A DNA stretch of 56,083 nucleotides from Cirrosporium novae-zelandiae (lineage: Eukaryota), in the NCBI GenBank assembly GCA_026023565.1, contig JAPETS010000023.1, forward strand, positions 496,001 through 552,083. Direction: 5' to 3'. The notes beneath the pieces were generated by a model. The model was not told where the DNA came from and ran no database searches. It saw nothing but the letters and a program-made list of their open reading frames with translations. The position numbers were made by a program, and so were the translations under genes. Positions 35,006 through 45,078 of this stretch are shown here, one piece after another. The first letter of the stretch is position 1. The number at the start of each line of letters is the position of its first letter.

Positions 35006-37133
35006 CTATTCATTTTTATCCACCACCAGCACAGGATGACCATCACGATCTCTCAAAATTGCATCCATGGCACTCTTATCCGCTGGTAATACTACGTTCA
35101 AAAGCACAGCAACAACAGCAGCCACGATAAACGGCGTCTCAACAATAAGATTAATCCCTTGTTCAAAGCCCTCGAGATGCACATTTGATCCACTATAATC
35201 CAAGATTTGGTCGAACCAGCTTGGCTGTACGATGTCGATGAACCCGATTCCAAGCGCTGCGGTTAGGATGAATCGGTTGCGTCGCGTCCATGCGATGAGA
35301 CCCAGGACTCGGATACCCGCTACAGCGATAGTGCTGTATAGAAATACTTGCATGCCACCGAGGACGGAGGGGGGCATGGATCCAAAGACGGCACCGAACT
35401 TTCCAAAGATTCCCATGAGGATGAGGAAGGCAGCGGCACACCAGCCTGCTCTTCTGCTCTACAAGAATGGTCAGTACTGTGTATACCGTTTAGCTGACCT
35501 TGGAGGGCAAGATTGGTGCCAACTTACAGCACAGCCTGTAAGGGATATCACACCATTATTCCCTGCCTGACTAACCATAGGCAATCCAGTTCCCAGTGCA
35601 CTGAAAAAGCTACCCAGCCCATCGCACAGAATTCCACCTTGGATCCTACTATTAAACTCCGTCCCTTCAATATCCACACCCGAAATTTCGGCTGTGGCCA
35701 GAATGTCTGGCATGCAGCTCACCGCTTCACAGACGTACATGATCAACAATGGTAGAACTAGCGCGCCATCAACCGACAGATGGAATGTCTTGACCCAGAG
35801 GAAGGTTCCCACAGGAGCAGCATCGATATTGTCGTGTGACCAATAGCCTGTGGCGCCAGATATGGCACAGCCGACAGCCAGTCCAAAGATTACAGAGGCG
35901 GATTTCATAAGGGGAGAGCCAAACAGCTCAACAACGATAATTGTGACGAAGACGCTGAAACCAAGGCCGATAAGTTTAGGGTCACCCCTAAGCATTAAGT
36001 CAGCATTCAACCTTCACTCAAAAAGAAACAAAACCAGCCAAACTCAGGCAAAAGCAAAAGAAAAGGGCAAAGAAAAAACCCTACCAGACCAACGGCTTCG
36101 GCGCCGCAGTATTCGGACACAACGCATAATACCCGGTCCCACCATTACAATTAGAACTCCCGCCCCAGTTCTCCATCCCATTCGAGATCAGATACACCCC
36201 CACCAGCAGCAGCAAGCTCCCCGTCACAACCTTAGGAAACATGCGATTCAACACCCTAGGCGGCACCATCGACATGGCTATCTGCACCCACACCGTACAC
36301 AACATAGTCCCCAACATCGCGCCCCACGCATCTGGACACGGCATCCTCGTCCCATCACCCGCAGTCGGACACGTCCCATCCTCATACCGCATATCCGCAT
36401 ACGTAAACGCAATCGCCAGGATATCAAACGTAGGCGCCACCACCGAAAGCAGCCCCGTACCAATAAAGAACGGGGTCCCAAAAATATGCACCCGGGTCAC
36501 CTGCACCGCGGTCGCGAGACCCGTGGTGACGAAGGCGGCGGAAACGAGGTAGGAGGTTGTGGCGGGGGAGAGGTTGAAGCCCCCGCCGCCCGCGAGCGCG
36601 AGGGGCGGGGAGACGACGGAACCGATCATGGTTAGGGCGTGCTGCAGGCCGAGGAGGAGGGTTAGGAGGATGGGGGTGGGGTCGTTGAGGCCGTAGAAGG
36701 GAGGGGTGTGGTTGGTGTATTTTTTGTGGAGAGGCCAGATGTTGGGGGCCAGGAGGTAGATGTAGTCCTAGAGATGTGGGGGCAGGTAGTTTAGTATATT
36801 TCGATTGAATAAATAATATATATATATATATATTTGTATCAGGAATCAATTGACAGTTTCACGAGAAATGTTATCGCCAACCACCACCATCAATCATATC
36901 GATATTAAAATTAAGTACTACAGGAGAAGAGGGAAAACGACAATACATACATACTCACCAACCCACCCCTCCCGACTCGAGAAATAATCCCAAAGATCCC
37001 TCCATCTCCATCTCCATCGCGATATCGATATCTCACTCACGGTTGCATTCTCAAACGATGTTGATGTTGTTGTTGTTGTTGGTATGATAGCCTGTTGCTG
37101 CTGCTGCTGCTGTTTCTCAGGATCGTTATCCAT
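35006..37133 (-). CDS. Nucleobase-ascorbate transporter (NAT/NCS2, UapA/UapC-related) with a divergent signature motif
   Basis: Exons 37133-36951, 36767-36085, 35987-35528, 35458-35006. Motifs GWVGEYDYIYLL, PPFYGLND, LGLQHALTM (TMS1 QH), SRIQGGILCDG, signature MVSQAGNNGVISLTG, PPSVLGGM, WTRRNRFIL. Confidence 0.92.
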
Positions 37134-37290
37134 AGTTTGAATAGTTGGTTTGATTAGATTAATTAACAAATCACATAAAAAATCCCTCGTTGTGGTTCCC
37201 CCCCCCCCCTTTTTTTTGTAAAGGGCTGAAAAAAAAAGAAAAAGAAAAAGAAAAGAGGATAGTAAATAAATAAATAGACCATCCCTCATC

Positions 37291-37522
37291 TTATCTATCT
37301 ATCTATCTATCTTATCATCTTGTCTAATTATCATCCTAGTTTTTTTTTTTTTTTTTTACAAGCTTTCTAAGGAAATAATAATAATAATAACAAAACCATC
37401 ACAACAACTTACCTACCCAAATCTAATCCAATCCAATCTAATTGATAGAATATCACTTTTTCAATTCACAAGGGGAATTATATTACCCCCCCTTCTGTTC
37501 GTCTTATCCACTTATAAGATAA
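37291..37522. promoter_or_regulatory. Cluster of GATA (HGATAR) motifs upstream of the permease; putative AreA-type nitrogen control
   Basis: TTATC(TATC)n-TTATC array at 37291-37316, plus CTTATC at 37503 and AGATAA at 37517. Partly a simple repeat. Confidence 0.35.
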
Positions 37523-38129
37523 TCAATTCATTAATCCATCATCATCGGGGGGGGAATTGATAGGGAGGGGAGGGAGGGAGATTGTGAATGGGGAAATGGG
37601 GGACGCGCGGATCTCCGTTGGTTGGTTGGTTGGTTGGTGGTATCTGAGATAGACATGGATGGTTTTAGATAGTAGGGGATGGATGTATGATCTACACTGG
37701 GGAGAAAGGGAAGGGGGAGGGGGGTTGTTACATAAATACCTAGGTAAGTAAGTACGTAGATTGTATGTATGTATATATGTATAAAAATTTAAACTTGAAA
37801 AAACAGGATTGCTTCTTTGTAGTCTCATTGTTTAATTGGGATAATTGATCTGATAATAATAATAATAAAATATGTAATACATATATACTTACTATATAGT
37901 TGACACAAAAAAAAATCAAAACATCTGTTTATTTATTTAAAGAATTCCATCCTTTTTTTTTGTTTTTTAGAAATTCTCTATTTCGAATCTACGAGAGAAG
38001 GAGGGGGAGGGGAAGAATTAGTATTAGGATTTTTTTTTTATTAATTCAACTAAATTTATTTCGTTCGATTACATATATATATATATATATAAGAGCAAAA
38101 AAAGATGAAGCTGAGATCATAATAATCCA

Positions 38130-38970
38130 CCCTTTCCCTCCCCTCTCAGGTCTCATAAACCATTCACGCCCAATCCCACACACCTCCCAGTCTCTCTCCG
38201 AAATCAAAAAAAAAAAAAAAAATCTGCACAGTTCACAGCTGGCCCTGTGAGGCGTTTTGTGGGGATATTTGGCTGCTTGAGGGTGGGTATAGGACTGGCG
38301 AGGCTGATGGTCATGGTCGCGGAGAAGGAGATGGTGAGGTGTGAGGGGGGACGACGTATTTTTTGGAGAGTGTGAGGGTATGGTTACGGGGTTGGAGGGT
38401 TGGAGTGTTTTTTTTTTTTTTTTGGAGAAAGAGGGGGGAGGAGGGAGTGGAAGGAGGGATATTAGTACCTAGGTAGTTATGAGAGATGAGATGACATAAA
38501 ATAAATATTTCTGACCTCTTTTTTTTTAGTCCTTTCCCAATATACGGGCTAAACCTCTCTCTCCCCTCTACCCTCCCCACCCCCAACTCCTCCCCTACCG
38601 CGAAATAGCCGGCACAGCATAAAAACATGCTTCTGCACTCTCGCATGGAGGTATTAGGCGGATCTGGAAATCTATAATTGATAGAATTTATACATCTGGA
38701 CGATGAGAAAGATGCTAGAATTCTAACTAAGCTAGAACCCCCCATCGCCCACCAGCAACAACTTATCACTTAGTTGGAGGGGTTGTATGCGGTGCTGTGG
38801 GATTCCAGGAGGGGTATGGGTCTTGTTAATGTGGTTGTTTATTGTTGTATGCAAGGGATGTGGAGGAGGTGGTGGTGGTCAGGGTTAATGAGGAGGATGT
38901 TGTTAGGAGAGCGAAAGAGGCCGTTAGGGGAATCCGTGAACGAGCTGGGGTGAGGTGGAAGTATGCTTGA
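38130..38970 (+). pseudogene. Fragmented metal-dependent amidohydrolase (Atz/Trz, MTA/SAH- or guanine-deaminase-like) pseudogene
   Basis: Collinear motif remnants across frameshifts and deletions: GLIN-(I)HA..HTSQSL (cf. PGLINTHxH..QSL), HSWPCEA (cf. HxWLC), ARL...AE..M..GTTYFLES (cf. EMLxSGTTxFLE), YREIA, ADLEIY, IHLDDEKDARIL....IAH/PTSN, VVVY....DVEEVVV, and VNEEDVVRRAKEAVRGIRERAGVRWKYA* (stop 38968-38970). Confidence 0.72.
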
Positions 38971-39533
38971 TGATGATGATGATGATGATAATGGGGCCGG
39001 GGCGGCTGGACTTTTTGTTTTTGAGGAGAGAATCGTGTTGGTGGTTAGCTTGATGTTGGTCGTTTATCATTGCTAGCTAGTTGGTTGGATATGGATTTCT
39101 GTCAAATTGTAATTAGCTCGACAATGGCTGGCTATACTTCACCTTTCTACCCAGAATTTAGAAAAGGAAAATAAAACAAAGGAGAAAAAAGGGGAAAAAA
39201 AAAGACACCCAGAGTCCCCTTTTTTGAAGCATAATTTTGGAAATTTATTTTCATGTCCGTTAGCCCTCAAGGTAGATAGAGCAGCACCACCACCACTCCG
39301 CCTGGAGAGCGTTCCCACCAACACATGATATGAGCCCCCTCGCCCATGCTTCCTCAGAAGAAGAGGTTAGTCCGTACGTTTTCATCAACCGCCCTTTTTA
39401 CGCGACGGCCGAAACAAAACAATACCAGGCACCAGCACCAGCACCAGCAGCGGCAATCATAATCATATCCCATCATCACCACCTACTACCCACCACCCTT
39501 CCACAGAAAAAAAAGGCCTCAAAACGTCATCAT

Positions 39534-40405
39534 CTAAGCATCTTCAACAACAATGGTCTGTAGTCCCTTGGCCTCCTTGACATTTACTGCTTGTACGTAC
39601 GAGTACAGCTTCTCCTTGGCACCTTCCTCGTCGTTTCGCTTTCTTGAGATTCGCACCCGGAGACGGTAGGGGACGCCCTTGACTCCTTGTTCCCAGACTT
39701 TCTTGTTGAGTTGGGGGTCTAGGCGGACATCTTTGGTTCCCTGTTGATGATTTGGGGGGTTAGAAGCGGTTTTGGAGGGGGGGGGGGTGTTTGGATTTGA
39801 AGGGGAAGAAGGAGAATACCATTGCTTTTTCGGTGAAGGCTTTAATCTCTTTGATGGCGCGGGGTGCACGTTTCTTGAATTGGAGGCCGAAGACCTAGGG
39901 TGAGGGGATCGTAATGTTAGTTTTCTCTTTAAATAGACAATATCTTATTGAAAAGAAGAGGGGGTTAAACGGGATAGACGCTGAGTGGGTGAGGGAAGTT
40001 AACGAGGGCCGTGAGGAAGGCTGCTAGAGTTAGGAGGAGAGGACTGAGGGAACTTGAGTCTGCGAAAAGAGAGCATGAGAACGACTCTTTGAAGATATCA
40101 TCCACGTCCTCACGCATCATTCTCTCAGCTCTCGTCCACTCCAGCCCTCTCTATCAAACTCACTCCAACAGCACCCTCGGACATTCATCTCCCCACAACC
40201 TCATGTAATCCCTCCCATGAAAATCCCGTTCCGCCCCTCCTCATTTTGAGACCCCAATGATTGAAACCCTTCCACCAGAAATTATACATGTTCATAGATA
40301 TCAACGTACCCTCTTGTGCAAATGAATAGTGTATTCCCTGGCAACAACATCGGAGATGGCTGACCGGCCGGTCTTGCCCGCGGTTTTGGAGGTGTTTTTC
40401 GGCAT
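39534..40405 (-). CDS. RPL31: 60S ribosomal protein L31 (eL31)
   Basis: Exons 40405-40310, 39894-39820, 39740-39534. Protein includes DVVAREYTIHLHKR / VFGLQFKKRAPRAIKEIK...AM / GTKDVRLDPQLNKKVW...RLRVRISRKRNDEE. Confidence 0.97.
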
Positions 40406-40772
40406 TTTCTCTAAGAAAAAAAAGACAGCAGATTAGTCAAATCGTCCAGATATCAATTATGCATTTGTCCAGAGTCGTAACATGTAGAAGAACCAGGGCC
40501 CCGTTGCTTGCTTCTTGGATTTTTCTTTTTCGTTACCTCTAGAAACGGGCAGGCAGAGAAGAACACCAGCAGCTACAAGATTCCAAGGAATTTCAAGAAA
40601 TGTTCAAACATACCGGCGACTGCTTTGGAAAACAGGTGGAATATGGTCGGTTGTCGAGGGTGAAGCTGTTGCGATTAAAGTGGTGGTCGTCGAGCGAGCT
40701 GGCTGATATGCGACCACAAGCTTCGTGATAATTTTCGCTTTCGCTTGGTTCGTGGGTCTGGGGTTTTGATAA

Positions 40773-40780
40773 CACGTGAC
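40773..40780. promoter_or_regulatory. GTCACGTG E-box (Cbf1-type) upstream of RPL31
   Basis: CACGTGAC on the + strand, about 370 bp upstream of the ATG. This motif is typical of ascomycete ribosomal-protein promoters. Confidence 0.5.
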
Positions 40781-41150
40781 TTCACAGCCAGAATCACTCC
40801 TTTCGATGCTACGAGTGCTACTTGGTCCCTACATATAGGTACATAACATTTTAATTCATGTATTTTGTAAAATTTATTCATCATATCTAGCAATGCTATA
40901 ATCATGAATATAATCATGCCAATAACCTATATCTAGGCCTTTTGCCATATTATATATTATCCAATTTGCATATTGAATTATGCGCCGAGCTCATGTCAAA
41001 CTCCTACTCAGAAATCACGGGAATCATATGCAGCATCGGTAAATCCATCCATCCGTCATAAAGTCCATCAAAGAAACGCGCCTCCAGGGCAGAGAAGAAA
41101 GCCAGAAATTCGGTCCAAGTTATCCCAAAACCTATCGTCAAAACCTTCCA

Positions 41151-43716
41151 CTAATGTATCCCCGAAGTATCCAAACCCTGCATTGCCTGATACGAATAAG
41201 GAAAATCCAAGAAGCCATCAAGCATCCAATTTAATGGGTCAAAGACTTCGTAGTTATCTGTGAAACTATTCACCGGCACTGCTGGACCATTTATACTTAC
41301 CATTGCTAATGCGGGGTCGGTGATGGAGGTGTCGGCTGTAGATACAACTGTGGAATCGGGATTCGTGGGATTTTTCAATGATGCTGTCAAGTATATATGT
41401 TAGAGATAAATATTGGTAGATTTGAAATGGAAAGATTTACATTCTAGATTGGCTCCCTTTGCTTGAAAATCCTCCCTCCACCTCCAAACGGAATCGTATA
41501 GCAGGCTCATACTCATGCGGCATCTCACCTTTAATCGTAACGAATTATCCATTGCACTATCAATGGTAAATTGATTCCTGACGCCAGATCCAGCCCCAGA
41601 CCAAAGCTGCGCAAGCACTTCTGCGAGCCGTTGCGGTAAGTCGTTATTCATCACGCTGATACTCCTAATTGCGGCAATAGTTCGGCTGAATAAATTTCTC
41701 CCCTGCATTGCATCAACATGCGTTGCAAATGCGCTATTTAGGAGTTTGTGTAAAGCAAAGCCAGCCGCAAGAAACATTTGAAGAATATAATTTGTTGTAT
41801 ATGCGAGTGGAGTTTCGGTTGTTGTATCTATTTGAAAGGCTGTATCGAGAAATGAAGTTGCCGCGCTATAAAGGGCGAGGAGGTCCTGCATATACGTAGT
41901 TGACTCGAACGAGTCGAACAGGACACCCAATCGAAGGTGAAGTTGAGATGCTTGATAGTATAAATGGTTGATACCTATTAATGTTAGTGCTGATGTTCAC
42001 GGTAAACTGGATTCTGTAGAAAACGGTGCCAATGATAAAATCATTGGGATGGAGCTTGAAATACTTACCAAGATCCTTGACCCCCAGTTCTTTCTCTAAT
42101 GGATTCGAATTAACTGATAGAATGGATATCATAGATCCCATTGCCTCATTTCTAAGTAACCCTAAGCCTTCTGGCCCGTGCCTGTTACAATAAAATGACT
42201 GAGTGACATAGTTGACAAAGTCTTCTATGCGTAGCATGGTATCGAGCTCCTCGGGAAGTCTGAAATTCGGATCATCTGGACATTCTGCCAGCGTCTGATC
42301 AATAAGCGTGCAGGGCGGTTGTCCATATCCAGTCGCAACTCTGAAGCCGATTAGATCTCCTAGTCGCAATGCAAAGACAAACGCCAAATAGCTTACCGTT
42401 GAGCAACAATATTGCACACAGCCCATGTCCGCACTCGATCTCTAACCTCCTCCTCTCTAAGCTCCACACGAACTTTGGAAAAGTCTTGCGCATGGGTTGG
42501 TCTGTGCAACCCAATTTGCATTGCCAAATGCATCATGAGCCCATTAAGCATAAACGTAGGATCTGCAGAAGTACTGCTGACAGGGAAAGGCCATGTGCAA
42601 AGCAGACATAGTGCTTTCACAATATGATAGCTCTGTGGTACTTCCGAGAGTGTCAACCATACCAATCTTGTAACAGGACGGGAAAGGTTGTCAAGAAGAG
42701 AGGGGTCATTGGTATATCGACGAGCACCGACGGAGATAATACACCAGAAAAGAAGTGTAGAAGTGTTAAAGTATTCATCGGCGGTCTTGTTCGGATCAAG
42801 GAACGGAAGATAGGGATGGTAGAATGTGAAGAACCTGTAAAAGACGTTCTATTAGGTTTCAATTAAGAGACAAGACCGAGTAAATTATCTGGTGAGACAT
42901 ACTGATGGAAAAGGTCATTGACTCGATCGTCCGGGAGGGCGACATTATTGTCCAGTCGCTTTAGCTGTATCATTCCCCCATTCGGAGTACGCATTATATC
43001 CGTAGGTCCACTGGTCGGACCATTGAATCCTGATTTGAGGTCTAGTAAACCGGCTACTGCTTCGTGGGAACCCATATAATGTTGCGACATTGGATGGTGA
43101 AGTTGGGTTTGCATATCAGGAATCCCATTCGATATCGCCGGTGTTATAGGCGTGACTGGTGAACCAGCTTGTTGGCTGGCAAGCTGCGTCCTCAAGTCTT
43201 GTAACCTTGCCCTTAGTTCTTGTATTTCTCGTTCCATCTCAGCATTCTTGCTTCGTTTTCCAACCCTCTTGAAGTTGGTTTCAATCTTGCACTCGAGCTT
43301 CAACCGCCGACATCTGGAACAATCGGTGAATGGATCTTGTACGACATCGCAGCGCAACTACAACAAGGTAGACTGCCGTTAGCTTCCAAGCAAATTCGAA
43401 TCGAAGAAAGACAATGCGATTGTGTGGGCAACTACTCGTGGCGCATCCTGAGACAACCGTAGACTGGAAGAGGGTGACTCACTTTTTGCTGTCTGCACTC
43501 ATTGCATGCTCTCTTAACACCAGGCAAGCGTCGCTTGGCCTCATGAATCTCTTCGATATCTCTGCCATCATAGCTCTCTGGGGATTCATCTAGACCAGCT
43601 GTCAAGCTATCTCTCTTCCTCCCGCCCATGCGCGCGCTGACGGGGCTGCCATAGGCGCTTGAGACAGAGCTCTGGCCATTTGCTCCCCCTCCCACCACCA
43701 CCCCAGACGACTCCAT
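41151..43716 (-). CDS. Zn(II)2Cys6 transcription factor, Leu3/LeuB-like
   Basis: Exons 43716-43483, 43357-42903, 42834-42397, 42340-42069, 41974-41441, 41383-41151. Zn cluster ACNECRQQKLRCDVVQDPFTDCSRCRRLKLEC...FKRVGKR, LCLLCTWPFP, SRAMSLLYD-like region (CRMSMSLLYDSVWRWR), and an acidic tail YEVFDPLNWMLD. Confidence 0.85.
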
Positions 43717-44104
43717 ACACTCGGCGATTGGAGAGCTGGGGTTTCTTAGGAAGCACGAATCAGTCGGCAAAAGGTACTAATCCTAAGGTAAGGGGTGGTT
43801 TTGGTTCAAGAGTCACTGTGTAAGTTACGGCATCAAAATCTCCGATGTCGCAGGCTGGGAGGGGTCTTCGCTTCGATTAGAGGGTGAAGGAGCATAAAAG
43901 GCCTGGCTGATAAGAAATGAAGAAGCGAAGTTTGCGAGGGAGCACAGGAAGCTCTGCGTGCTGTGTGCTGTGTGCTGTGTGCTGGGTGTACTCAACTTTG
44001 GGAGTCACATCAACCTCATCAACCCATCAAGCAACATCAATTAATTCCTATGCAAGTTCTAGAGATAAAAGTCTTCAATTGGCTAAAGAGGTCACTAATT
44101 ATTA

Positions 44105-44112
44105 ATGAGTCA
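44105..44112. promoter_or_regulatory. ATGAGTCA (Gcn4/CpcA site) upstream of the Leu3-like gene
   Basis: Exact TGACTCAT on the - strand, about 390 bp upstream of ATG 43716. Confidence 0.4.
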
Positions 44113-45078
44113 GGCCCAGAGTTGTTGAGGATCTACTTTCTAGTTTATTTCCTAGATCCCCTCGAGGCTTTTTCCTTCTTCTTCGTGTTCTTGATCTTTC
44201 ATCATACTTCTTAATTAGCTATCGCAGGGCCGCCTAAAGCGCCCTTTTTGACACACCAGCGACACCAGCGATACCAGCGACACCAGCAACACCGAGATGG
44301 AGGGTATGCCCGAATCCTCTGGCTTCGGCGGGGATCAACGCCCATCGCTTCACCGGCCCAACAAGGCCATTTCCTCCGCCTTGACGCTTTCTTCCGCATT
44401 GCCAGTTGCCCTAAAAGGAGATTTGCTGATTGACTCTGAACCCGTCCCTGGAATTCAAGGTAATCATCTCGTGATACCCACGTTTTTCTCATAATTCTTG
44501 CATACCTTGTAGTGTTTGCCTATCTTAACTTACGAGAAGCTATTACTTTTGATTCTAGCAAATCCCCACAGCCATTCCTCGATCCAACCATTCTGAGGCA
44601 AAAGATGGCCCAAGCTAAAAAAGAACCCACCAAATAGTTAAAATGAGAAATTGAACGCTTGCAGTCTTGCACTCGTCATTGGTTCTTTCAGCATCCTATG
44701 CCTGTAGTTTCCCGATTGACACATCCACCATGGTCCACAGCACTCGCGGCTATTCTATCAGACGTCACAGGAACATATTGGGAGTACTATTGCTATTACC
44801 ATCTCAATAAAAAGAAGCTAGGATTCATGTGAACCCATGTCAAGCTATGTGGGAAAATACTTAATATACAAAGCAATTCATCACTTCATCCGACCCTCCA
44901 AGTCACTGGCTGAATCGCAATCATTGAAAAAAAAAGACATCTTTTAACGTATCATCACTCATAAGTTCATCAAAGAATCTCATTCAAGCTCATTTTGCCT
45001 TCCTGAGCCATCATATCATAAAGCACCCAGAAGCATCTCGTGATGCTTCCAGCTCATAACCCCCCCATATATGCTCAT

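Noticed and set aside
35850..36849. Long antisense and alternate-frame ORFs over the permease (also over som1, noxA and lraA)
   Set aside because: Shadow ORFs caused by GC-rich, skewed codon usage of the real genes.
37134..38130. TPP riboswitch or UaY site near the permease
   Set aside because: A GCTGAGA occurs near 38110 but lacks the downstream CTTGAT...GATAAT.CCAGCG core. No TCGG-N6-CCGA found.
39895..40309. Intronic snoRNA in RPL31
   Set aside because: No convincing ordered C box (RTGATGA) and D box (CTGA) pair, or H/ACA layout, could be seen.
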